This document shows, piece after piece, positions 29,986-39,129 of a DNA stretch of 64,000 bases. Each line of letters starts with the position of its first letter. The stretch's first letter is position 1. The stretch is from contig OZ253665.1 in the NCBI GenBank assembly GCA_965263295.1, forward strand, positions 992,001 through 1,056,000, read 5' to 3'. The position numbers were made by a program, and so were the translations under genes. The notes under the pieces were generated by a model. That model was not told the origin of the DNA, did no database searches, and saw only the letters and a program-made list of their open reading frames with translations. Source of the stretch: Spirochaetia bacterium (lineage in GTDB: Bacteria; Spirochaetota; Spirochaetia; SP-2023).

Positions 29986-32451
29986 ATGAAGAATTCTGGT
30001 CCTTCAAGCAAAGTTTCCCTGGGTAGCCTCCACTGGCCCACTGAGGTTGCCACCTTGGGGAAGCGGTACAAAAACGGATGGGGGCTGCCGCCCTTCAATG
30101 TAAAAGCCTGGGGACAGTTTTTGTTCCGCCGACAACCGAGCTTGCGCAGCCGGATTATTACAGTATTTTTTGTTTCTTTTCTTATATTTATATTCTTGGC
30201 GGGAACTTCTTTACTACTGGTCTTTAATTATCAGCTACATCGTTACACCCAGTTTGTCGGCAATCAATATGCGTTGCAGCTGGCAAGATTGCTAGAGGTC
30301 TATTACAATACTCGTAAATCCTGGCAGGGTATCGACAAGTGGTTATACACAAACTTTGGCTCTAATCAAGATGCGCCACACTTTGCTACTGATCTGGCAG
30401 AACACTTGATCTTGCCTCTAGAGTTATCCACGCGCGGATGGGCAGATCAGCAATCTCATCAGGCGATTCAAGATAACTTTCTCGGCTTAAAGCTTTTTCT
30501 CAATTTGCAAAGCCTAGTAAGTGCACCAAACACTGAAAATTTTGTTATTGGAGAGTCAAACGCCACTGAGGACAGCTTGTCTTTTCCCTACAATAAAAAG
30601 ACATTAAAGATGCTTCCCTCAATTAATGCCCCTGATGCTCGTTTTTATTTCCTGAGAGAACTGCGAGCAAGCAACCTGACGGACAGCAATAGGACTGCGG
30701 AAAACCGATATTCGGAATTTTTTTTATCGTCGTTTCGCTCGCTTGACTCATTTGGTCCTGCAGGCGGGAGCTTAGATTCCTTCAAATTGCAGCGAGTTTC
30801 GAATCAATGGTTCCACAACTTTTTTCGTTCTAGGCGGCAGACTGAGAATTTAAATAATATGGATGGCGATGCCCTACAGCTTATATTGCGGGAAAAAGGT
30901 TTGTCTAGCTGGGAGCAAAATGAAAATCGTCCAAGCTTATTTGCCGACACAGAGCTCAACTCAGAAAACCTGTTTGATCGCTTGGCGCTAAGGTTTGGCT
31001 CTATATCAGGGCACAATGACCAGATGTTTTTACTCCTCAATCGCGACAGAGAAGTCATTATTAGTAACCTTCCGAAAAATATTTTGATACAACAGCTCGG
31101 TTCTACCTGGGGTCTTTTGCAGCAATATATTCGAGATTATGACGATGAAAATAGTCTTAGTTCAGTGAAGCCTTCCGCCCCTTATAATGGAAATAATAGG
31201 AATTGGGCACAGCGTATTGGCGCATTTTTCAGTTTTCGTTCTAAAGCTAGTTTAGTGGATGATCGCAATATTTTTGCTATTAAGGATATTGATAACCAGC
31301 CGGTAGCTTTTTTATATGCCGAGAGTATTGTCAGCCCGATCTGGAAGAAATTGAACGACGAAGTCAACGCTGTGATTTTAAGCGTGGCCTTGTTATCCTG
31401 CCTGATAATAGCTCTGATCTACTGGCTGATTGGCCGTTTTCATTTGCTCGGTTTATTTATGCCTTTGAAAAACCTTAGCGATATCGCCGGCGAAGTGCGC
31501 AAGGGCAATACGGAAGCGCGAGTGCGCGACATACCGCGCGAGGCCGAGTTGGCCCTTGTGACAGAGCAATTTAACAAGATGCTGGATTCGCTGGCTCACG
31601 AGGTCATGTTGCGCGAGCAGCAGTACCGTGATGTGGCACATGAGCTGCGCACCCCGATTACGATTCTCAGTGGCGAATTGCAGTTGATCCAAGAGGGGGT
31701 CTATAAAGCGGATGAGGAGAAAATTCAGGGCTTGAGCAAGCAGGTGCAGCAGATGCAGCGTATCGTGCAGGATCTGGAAATCCTGTACAAGGTTTCGCAG
31801 CAGGATGGCGACGACCCGCAGCGCGAAGTGAAATATTTTGAACGTGTTTCGATTCTACGCTTGCTGCGGGAGGCTTACACGGCCTTCCAGACACAGATGA
31901 AGCAACAGGAGATAGAATTTACCCTGAAACTGGATTTTTTAGAGCCCACAGAGCATATTTTTGTCGCCGGCGATGCCCGCCGCTTGCACCAGGTGTTCGC
32001 GAACTGTCTGGTCAATGCCATGCGCCACACCCCGCCTGCGGGCCGAGTCGAGCTGGCAGGACGCAGGCTCAACTTGGCACAGAAGAATGCACACCATGGT
32101 GAAGTTGCTTATTATCGCGCCCATGGGCTGGATATTGGCAAGGATTATGTCCTGTTTTCTGTCATTGACACCGGCTGCGGTATACCCGCCGAAAAGCGAG
32201 AATTAGTTTTTGAGCGCTTTTTCCGCGTCAATGACGATCGCAATCAGAAAACGGGTGGTAGCGGTTTGGGACTGGCGATTTCCAAGAGTTTTATTGAATT
32301 GCATGGCGGCAAGATTTGGGCGGACGAAAGTGACTTCCCCGGCCGCTCTGCAGGGGAATCTCCAGGGGCAAAGTTTTGCTTTGCCTTGCCGTGTTTTTGC
32401 TGTCATGGTGAAGGTGATGAAGCGTCGACGGCAGCAGAAAATGAACCGTAA
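29986..32451 (+). CDS. HAMP-domain sensor histidine kinase (BaeS-like)
   Basis: Two TM helices, HAMP domain, H-box HELRTP, N-box NAMRHT, DTGCGI, FERFFR, GSGLGL. Confidence 0.93.
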   Translation: MKNSGPSSKVSLGSLHWPTEVATLGKRYKNGWGLPPFNVKAWGQFLFRRQPSLRSRIITVFFVSFLIFIFLAGTSLLLVFNYQLHRYTQFVGNQYALQLARLLEVYYNTRKSWQGIDKWLYTNFGSNQDAPHFATDLAEHLILPLELSTRGWADQQSHQAIQDNFLGLKLFLNLQSLVSAPNTENFVIGESNATEDSLSFPYNKKTLKMLPSINAPDARFYFLRELRASNLTDSNRTAENRYSEFFLSSFRSLDSFGPAGGSLDSFKLQRVSNQWFHNFFRSRRQTENLNNMDGDALQLILREKGLSSWEQNENRPSLFADTELNSENLFDRLALRFGSISGHNDQMFLLLNRDREVIISNLPKNILIQQLGSTWGLLQQYIRDYDDENSLSSVKPSAPYNGNNRNWAQRIGAFFSFRSKASLVDDRNIFAIKDIDNQPVAFLYAESIVSPIWKKLNDEVNAVILSVALLSCLIIALIYWLIGRFHLLGLFMPLKNLSDIAGEVRKGNTEARVRDIPREAELALVTEQFNKMLDSLAHEVMLREQQYRDVAHELRTPITILSGELQLIQEGVYKADEEKIQGLSKQVQQMQRIVQDLEILYKVSQQDGDDPQREVKYFERVSILRLLREAYTAFQTQMKQQEIEFTLKLDFLEPTEHIFVAGDARRLHQVFANCLVNAMRHTPPAGRVELAGRRLNLAQKNAHHGEVAYYRAHGLDIGKDYVLFSVIDTGCGIPAEKRELVFERFFRVNDDRNQKTGGSGLGLAISKSFIELHGGKIWADESDFPGRSAGESPGAKFCFALPCFCCHGEGDEASTAAENEP

Positions 32452-32518
32452 ATGGATTTTGAGGGCTTAAGAGTTTGCGACGTATAGCCGAAGATGATGC
32501 CATAAGTTGCGGTTTTCT

Positions 32519-33370
32519 ATGAAAATATTGATCACAAATGACGATGGCTATAAGCACCTGGGGCACCTGAGCCTGAAGAAGATGCTCCAGGATCTAAAAC
32601 ATGATGTCTGGAGCATCGCGCCACAGGAGAACCAAAGTGGCGTCAGCATGAAATTGAGTTTGGGCAAGAGCCTGGAATTTCGTGAAACTGGCGAACAGTG
32701 CTGGTCTTGTTCGGGCACACCGGTAGATTGTGTGCTATTTGCCTTGCATGGTGTTTTGCCATTTCGCCCAGATGCCATAATTGCAGGTATCAATGCCGGC
32801 GCTAATTTGAGTGATGATTTGTGGTATTCAGGTACGGCTGCGGCAGCGCGTGAGGCTTGTAAGTGGGGGCTGCCTTCTCTCGCGCTGTCGTACAGTTCTC
32901 CCCCTCCCTATCGGGAGGACGATTTTGTCTCCTTTTATCATCTATTGCAAAATCATCTGGGCGATTTGCTGGAGGCCTGTAGTCTAGAAGATGAAACGGC
33001 CACCGAGAGCTCTGCTTCACCAGATTTCTTAGGATTTTTAAATATTAATATTCCTCCACATTGTAATGGTCAAATACGTTTTGCCAGTCGCTTTGAACCG
33101 CGTCCATACCAGAATGTATTGCACAAATTGGAAGACAACCATTACATTCTAGGTGGCAACATCAATGCCCAGCACCACGCTTCGCCGAACGTTGATTCGA
33201 CCATGAATGCCCTTTCTCAGGTCAGTATTAGCTTGGGAGCCTTTCATGCGCTACAACCTTTACCTTCGCCGCTCGCTGCGGAAACAGGAAGTGGGCCCCT
33301 GCGCCTGCGTTCGACGGCTCGGGCCAGCCAGGCCATGAGGCGCATTGCCAATTCTGGCATTCCGGCTTGA
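32519..33370 (+). CDS. surE: 5'/3'-nucleotidase SurE
   Basis: MKILITNDDG, APQENQSGVS, GTPVDCV, GINAGAN, YSGT, NINIP. Confidence 0.95.
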   Translation: MKILITNDDGYKHLGHLSLKKMLQDLKHDVWSIAPQENQSGVSMKLSLGKSLEFRETGEQCWSCSGTPVDCVLFALHGVLPFRPDAIIAGINAGANLSDDLWYSGTAAAAREACKWGLPSLALSYSSPPPYREDDFVSFYHLLQNHLGDLLEACSLEDETATESSASPDFLGFLNINIPPHCNGQIRFASRFEPRPYQNVLHKLEDNHYILGGNINAQHHASPNVDSTMNALSQVSISLGAFHALQPLPSPLAAETGSGPLRLRSTARASQAMRRIANSGIPA

Positions 33371-33400
33371 CCCGGCTACGGCCTTTTCGTCGCTGTGTTG

Positions 33401-33435
33401 AAGGCTCTGAACTCTTAGGCTTTGCGCAGAGCCTT
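33401..33435. terminator. Inverted repeat downstream of surE, possible terminator
   Basis: aaggctctg...cagagcctt 9-bp stem; weak U-tract. A TTGACA follows at 33481. Confidence 0.3.
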
Positions 33436-33637
33436 GATTCTGGCTCCTAAGATAAAGAAGTGCGGCAGCGACGCACCAGGTTGACAAGAAAGCACTTAAA
33501 CTGGTTATTACTTTGCCAAGTAGATAAAAAATGCTAGTCTTAGCCTTTTTATGGGCCTTCGCTTTTAGTCGCCTTCACTTTGGGACTTCTTGTCCGAGGG
33601 AGGAACTAATAAAATAACGCAACCGGAAGGAGATTTT

Positions 33638-35761
33638 ATGGGACTTCGTATGCCAGTCTTGTCAAATCTGAGTATCGCAAAAAATTTTGTCATTAGGTTA
33701 TGTGTAGTCCTTGTTCTGATTGTTGGGAGCTACTTTGTCGTAAAACAAATATTGCCCGCCCAGATATCTAATGGCGATCGGGGCAAAGCTGAATATAATA
33801 CTATTCAAGCTAGGGAAAGCTTTCGCTTAGGGGTGAATGCGTTTAATCACGGATTTTACAATCGTTCCATTATGGCTTTAGAGCATTCGTTAGCTTTGCG
33901 GCCGGAAAATCCAGATGCCGTATTCTGGCTCGGACGCAGTTACTATGCCAGCGGTTATGTGCGTTTAGGTTTGGAACAATGGAAAACTCTGATTGACCAG
34001 AACCAGGCAACAGCGAGTCTGAAAAGTTTTTATAATACGCTTGATTATCGTTACCGTCAGGTTTCAAAATTGAGGGACCCTGATAAATACTCTCTTTTTA
34101 TGAGCTTGCATTCAAACAAGCGCGGGGTCAAACGCAGCGTATATTTCGTCGGACCGACATCTGTGTGGACGGCCTTGGACCGCGATGAGATTTATATTGT
34201 CGATTATACTGATGATAAAGTCATTGCATTAGATTCTAGCGGTAATACAAAATTTATATCTCGCGGTTCTCTCAGCCAAGCCTACGATCACCCCTTTGAT
34301 ATCTTGCTGCGCCCCAAAGGAGAGGGCTTCATACTTAGCCAAGAGGGCAGCAATTCCCTGTTGTTTTGTGATGAAAAAGGCCGTCCCTATAAAGAGGTCG
34401 GAGGAAAGGGAAATGCACCAGGCAAATTCTTAGGACCCCAGCACATGGTAGATTCTGGTGACGGTTATTTTTATGTTACAGACTGGGGCAATCGACGTAT
34501 TGCCAAGTTAGATTATAATGGTAATTTTATTTTTACCTTTGGTGCCAGTCAGGGGCGGTTTGCTGGCCTGCAGGGGCCGACAGGCATGGTTATACGTGAA
34601 AATAAACTGTACGTCGCCGATACTTTGCAACGCAAGATTTTTGTCTTTAGCCAGGAAGGCCAATACCTGGAGACTTTTATTGATTCAGGTTTGACAGCTC
34701 CAGAATCTTTACTGGTAACGCGGGAGGGGAATCTTTTGATTGCTGACGTCAATGAGATTAAGTCGTATGATTTTAATACAAGTCGTTTGAAAACTATTTA
34801 TACGGGAGATCAAAACCACAAATACATTGACCTAAATTATGATCGTAACCAGAACATAGTCATAGTTGATTTTAATAATGAAGAAATTAGCTTTATTACT
34901 CCGATTAATAAATTGTATACAGATCTATTCGTCCAGATTGACAGGATTTTAACTTCTGAATACCCTTCAATTAGTATTGATCTGCTCTTAGAGGATCGAG
35001 AAGGAATTCCTATTGTTGGCCTAAATAAAGAGAATTTTCAAGTTATTGAAAGTAATAAAAGCCATAACGCAGATTTAGTATATACGAGTGTCGAGGATCC
35101 AACGGTTGCGTTAGCTATTATCCTGGGTAGTAAAATTGCCCCTTATGAGGATGCCATACGGCAGTTAGTCTCTGCTATAAGCGGCTCAAAGCAACTGGAA
35201 GACAGTTTTATGCTGATACAAGGAGGCAAAGATCCTCGCATCCTGACAAATTCTACTGATGCCTTAAATGACAGGCTAGATAACTACGAGGCATTTGATG
35301 GTATTGATTCTGCCGAGGCAAATTTTGATATTTCGCTGCGCTTTGCCATAGACAGCTTAGTCAAGCAACGGAAAAAGCGGGTAATAGTTTTTGTCTCTGG
35401 CGATGCCGACCAGATTGCCGCCGAGGTATATAATATTTCGGATCTGCAAAGTTATTTAAAATTGCAAAATGCCAATATGTATGGAGTTCTTTCGAAAAGT
35501 AATAAAATAATTTCTTACCTGGTTGAAAATACTAATGGTCAGTTTTATACCGACGCGAATGTACGCAGTTTTGCAAAAGATTTACAGCTAAATCGCGACG
35601 AGCTGGCCGGTTACTATACTCTGAACTTTACTTCTACAGCTTATACCGACTTGGCCCGGCGCTATATTCCTGTAGAGGTCTTGGTGCGTTATGTCCGTCG
35701 TAGCGGCAAGGATGAATTGGGTTACTTTGCTCCGCTCTCTTCGCTAAATGCGAATCCTTAG
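33638..35761 (+). CDS. Membrane-anchored TPR + NHL-repeat beta-propeller protein with a vWA-like C-terminal region
   Basis: N-terminal TM, TPR (AVFWLGRSYY), NHL repeats (YVTDWGNRRI, YVADTLQRKIFVF), and DREGIPIVGLNKENFQVIE typical of the segment preceding vWA domains; GGAG RBS before ATG 33638. Confidence 0.8.
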   Translation: MGLRMPVLSNLSIAKNFVIRLCVVLVLIVGSYFVVKQILPAQISNGDRGKAEYNTIQARESFRLGVNAFNHGFYNRSIMALEHSLALRPENPDAVFWLGRSYYASGYVRLGLEQWKTLIDQNQATASLKSFYNTLDYRYRQVSKLRDPDKYSLFMSLHSNKRGVKRSVYFVGPTSVWTALDRDEIYIVDYTDDKVIALDSSGNTKFISRGSLSQAYDHPFDILLRPKGEGFILSQEGSNSLLFCDEKGRPYKEVGGKGNAPGKFLGPQHMVDSGDGYFYVTDWGNRRIAKLDYNGNFIFTFGASQGRFAGLQGPTGMVIRENKLYVADTLQRKIFVFSQEGQYLETFIDSGLTAPESLLVTREGNLLIADVNEIKSYDFNTSRLKTIYTGDQNHKYIDLNYDRNQNIVIVDFNNEEISFITPINKLYTDLFVQIDRILTSEYPSISIDLLLEDREGIPIVGLNKENFQVIESNKSHNADLVYTSVEDPTVALAIILGSKIAPYEDAIRQLVSAISGSKQLEDSFMLIQGGKDPRILTNSTDALNDRLDNYEAFDGIDSAEANFDISLRFAIDSLVKQRKKRVIVFVSGDADQIAAEVYNISDLQSYLKLQNANMYGVLSKSNKIISYLVENTNGQFYTDANVRSFAKDLQLNRDELAGYYTLNFTSTAYTDLARRYIPVEVLVRYVRRSGKDELGYFAPLSSLNANP

Positions 35762-37232
35762 GTACTTGCTAAGCACCTGCATTTGTGTCGGGTGGATTTG
35801 CGGCGGGCTCTCTGCCAAGCAAGTCAATAATTATCAATGGCGATATGCGGTAAATGTATTGGCCAACTGGCTGCCTGAGAAAGGAGATGACAGTGCCAGG
35901 CTGCAAGTTTTTAGGAGCCCGGACCACAGACTGAGTTTGGAAGTGAAAGCCTGGGAGCGCCGAGAACTTGCCAGTTTGGCGGCGATGTATACTGAGCATC
36001 TGCAAGCCTTACATGGCACGGGAGTTGTGAGTCGCTATCGGCACATGGGTTATGATGTATTGCTGGCCCGTATTGATTACTATTCTGACGAGCTTCGTGA
36101 ACAAAGTGAAGCTGTTCTTGATCCCAGCCAGCCAGCCAGCCAGGGCTTGGAGTTGCAAGGTCGCCTGGAAATGGCTCCGAGACAAGACTCAGGGCAAAAA
36201 AAATCGGAGAAGAAACAAAAAATTACAAACAATGCCGTGGCTTTCGTGGTCTATTTTTACGGTGCACAATATGCCTATCGTGTGGCCAGTATTGGCATGC
36301 GCAACGCTTCTATGTTGGAGCGCGACATCCAATATTCAGTACTGGACTCGTTTGGTTTTGAGGGTCACAACCATTGGCACTGGGGGCCGGTATCGAGCTT
36401 CTTTGTATATCAGAAGAAGCATCAACAAGAGTTTGCTCCTGCGCACGCCTCTGTCCATGATATCCCAAAAGGATTGAAGGCCGATGTAGCTGCGCCACAG
36501 TCGGAAGTATTGTTTGTTGACTGGCGGTTTGGCGACTATAATTTCCACGCCCTTCAAAGGCCGCAGGCGGAACAAGTGGCCGAAGATGTATTGCAACGTG
36601 AAAAACGAATTCTTCAAGCTACGGCTCCAAAGCTCTATCCCTATGCGCTGGAACGTTTTTATTACATGAACTTCCGCCAAAATTATTCCCTGCTGAAAGA
36701 TCTGGCTGTTTTTTTGCACAAAAAATATCAGGAACAGGGGGGAGCTGTCGCTACAGGCCGGGCAGCCTTGCCTGTGTATGAATATTTGCTTTACGATTTA
36801 CAGTCAATGCTGCTGAGCGGTGAGCGCAGTACCGAAGCCTCGCCGAAAGTTGATCTGGAGCTACCCAGCAGGGCCCTGAGTCGTGGAAGCGGCAATATTG
36901 AAACTCTCGCTTTGATTAATTCTATAATCAACTCGCATTTTCAACACAATACTTTGATTATATACTCGCCTAAATATTCGCAATTATTGGTTGGCGTTGA
37001 GCAGTTGAGTGTGGATGAGCAAAAATTAGCAGAAAAATACAGCGCTGAACAGAACCTTAATAATTTCGAGAAGTACAATGGGATTGAGATCAGCTGGTAC
37101 CAAAATCGTTACCTCATTGGCGAATTGGCAGCGCGAATTTACATTGGTTGGGCACGCACACCGTGGCGCGACTTACAGAGTTGGATACCACTGTCATTTT
37201 CACGTTATATCGTTCCCGATTTCTTTCCTTGA
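35748..37232 (+). CDS. Exported hypothetical protein
   Basis: 494 aa ORF overlapping the upstream stop; signal peptide. Confidence 0.7.
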   Translation: MRILRYLLSTCICVGWICGGLSAKQVNNYQWRYAVNVLANWLPEKGDDSARLQVFRSPDHRLSLEVKAWERRELASLAAMYTEHLQALHGTGVVSRYRHMGYDVLLARIDYYSDELREQSEAVLDPSQPASQGLELQGRLEMAPRQDSGQKKSEKKQKITNNAVAFVVYFYGAQYAYRVASIGMRNASMLERDIQYSVLDSFGFEGHNHWHWGPVSSFFVYQKKHQQEFAPAHASVHDIPKGLKADVAAPQSEVLFVDWRFGDYNFHALQRPQAEQVAEDVLQREKRILQATAPKLYPYALERFYYMNFRQNYSLLKDLAVFLHKKYQEQGGAVATGRAALPVYEYLLYDLQSMLLSGERSTEASPKVDLELPSRALSRGSGNIETLALINSIINSHFQHNTLIIYSPKYSQLLVGVEQLSVDEQKLAEKYSAEQNLNNFEKYNGIEISWYQNRYLIGELAARIYIGWARTPWRDLQSWIPLSFSRYIVPDFFP

Positions 37233-37240
37233 CGTAGAAA

Positions 37241-37915
37241 ATGTGTGTTGTTTGTGAGCCGCAGAATGAGCATGCCCGCCACGGGCATAAGCTTCTTTTA
37301 CAAAGTGCCGCATACTTTGGTGCCGATCTGAGGGAGGCCGCACTGGGTATAGATGCCGTCCGGTTCCACGAGTTACGGCCGTCACCCATTCTCTTGGCCT
37401 TGCCGCTGGGCCTTTTATTGGCTTTGAAACAGCAACAGCAGTTGTCGTTGATTGAGCGCCTGTTTGCCGATAGACAGGGTTTCTTGTCTTGGTATGAACA
37501 TTCTTTTGTGGCAGATTCGGGTGCCTGCCTGGTCTGGGAGGCGGGTCTTGGTCTGCAGTCGTCGGAGCGCTTTAGCCACAGCGGCAAGGAGCAGTTGCGC
37601 TTTCGCGTACGAGGCTTTCGTTGCACCGCGATAGAGTTCTTGTTGTCTTTGGCCTTTGCTCCGTTATCCTGGCTCTGTCAAGTGGATTCTTCTGTCGACT
37701 CAATGAAGCCGGAGGCGGCCAATATTACGGATAAGGCTACGGCTGCGGCAGGACAGGTTTTGGGTGTGGAGCGGGAGCCCCAATGGGCAGAAGTTCTGTC
37801 TCTGTTAGATTTCACAATCTTTGAAGTGTATGGCGAGGAGTATTATATTGAAGAGTTCTTGCGCCGTGACTATCGTCAACGACTGTGCGATCTGTGGCAA
37901 AAATACTGGAGGTAA
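37241..37915 (+). CDS. Hypothetical protein
   Basis: 224 aa ORF starting 8 nt after the previous stop, same strand. Confidence 0.6.
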   Translation: MCVVCEPQNEHARHGHKLLLQSAAYFGADLREAALGIDAVRFHELRPSPILLALPLGLLLALKQQQQLSLIERLFADRQGFLSWYEHSFVADSGACLVWEAGLGLQSSERFSHSGKEQLRFRVRGFRCTAIEFLLSLAFAPLSWLCQVDSSVDSMKPEAANITDKATAAAGQVLGVEREPQWAEVLSLLDFTIFEVYGEEYYIEEFLRRDYRQRLCDLWQKYWR

Positions 37916-38025
37916 CGATTACAGCTTGATATGTTCCTTTATATTGTCCGTGGATCTATAATGGATTTATAGTGGATTTGCATTGAATTACAAGAGTTCA
38001 CTCACTTGTTGTCATTGAGTCGAGG

Positions 38026-39051
38026 CTAGAATGCCGTCATTTCCTGGGCGAATAAGTCTGCGGGGTAATTACCAGAATGGATGAGCTTTTGGATCTTGGC
38101 CCGCACAGCAGGCAAGTCTTCAATGTAGGTCAGGCCGAACCAGGGGTCGGGAGAGTGGAGCATGGCGACGCTAGCTTGCTGCCTCTCCAGCATGGTCTCC
38201 ACGGCTGCGGGCAAATAAAATTCTTTTTTTAAGGCCTGCTGCAGATTCTGCAGCTGGACCATGTGCCTCAAACCCCGGAGAAAACCTTTAAACTGTCGTT
38301 CTAAGTAGGGAAATATTTCCGGCTGTAGGCCAAACAGATTCATCGAAACTGGCGTATTTTCGGCGAGAATAATATCATTTTCGCTTTCGCTTTGAATTGA
38401 ACGAATGCCATGACTGGCATCGCGGATCAATTGGGTGTGTTCCTGAATATTATCCAGCCAGTTTCGCCCCCGTGCATCGCGGTAAGAATGGCAGATACCA
38501 CGGGAAACGGCCCCATTTTCAGAGAGGGTGCGGCCGAGTTGAAAGCCGACCATAGCGAGCGGCAGCGGCGAGGATGAACGAGGCCGTAGATCTGGACTCA
38601 TCGCAGCTTGACGCAAATAAAAAAAGATCTCTTTTAGGCCGTGGTAGCCGTAAAAGTCGTCGGCATTAGCCACGGCAAAGGGCCCGTCTACTTGTTTTGC
38701 GGCACACAACAGGGCATGGGCTGTCCCCCATGGCTTTACGCGTTGGGCCACATATGATGCGGCGAATAGGTCGCTTGGGATATAGGCATCGCTTTGCTGG
38801 AGGCTGTAACGCAACTCAATTTTGTTTCTCCAGTGTTGCCCAACCTCCCGTTCAAACTGGTCGACAATCTCATCGCGGAGGATGACCGTAATCCAAGAAT
38901 AGCCGATACGCCAGGCGTCATAGATCGTGTAGTCCATGATAATCGCATTTTCGGGGCCAATAATACTGAGTTGTTTATTGCCGCCGAAGCGGGTGCCAAA
39001 GCCGGCTGCCAAGAGCACCAGGCCAATATTCAAGTCATTTTCTCGTCGCAT
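38026..39051 (-). CDS. Sugar-phosphate nucleotidyltransferase family protein
   Basis: LLAAGFGTRFGGNKQ, KPWGTAHA, ANADDFYG, TLSENGAVSRG, EFYLP, WFGLTY. Confidence 0.9.
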   Translation of the reverse strand: MRRENDLNIGLVLLAAGFGTRFGGNKQLSIIGPENAIIMDYTIYDAWRIGYSWITVILRDEIVDQFEREVGQHWRNKIELRYSLQQSDAYIPSDLFAASYVAQRVKPWGTAHALLCAAKQVDGPFAVANADDFYGYHGLKEIFFYLRQAAMSPDLRPRSSSPLPLAMVGFQLGRTLSENGAVSRGICHSYRDARGRNWLDNIQEHTQLIRDASHGIRSIQSESENDIILAENTPVSMNLFGLQPEIFPYLERQFKGFLRGLRHMVQLQNLQQALKKEFYLPAAVETMLERQQASVAMLHSPDPWFGLTYIEDLPAVRAKIQKLIHSGNYPADLFAQEMTAF

Positions 39052-39129
39052 AAGTTCCCCTACCCGTTAAAATACCCGTTAAAAAATCTTCATGTTGTAA
39101 TCAGCTGCTTGGCAATGCATTTCCCGCCG

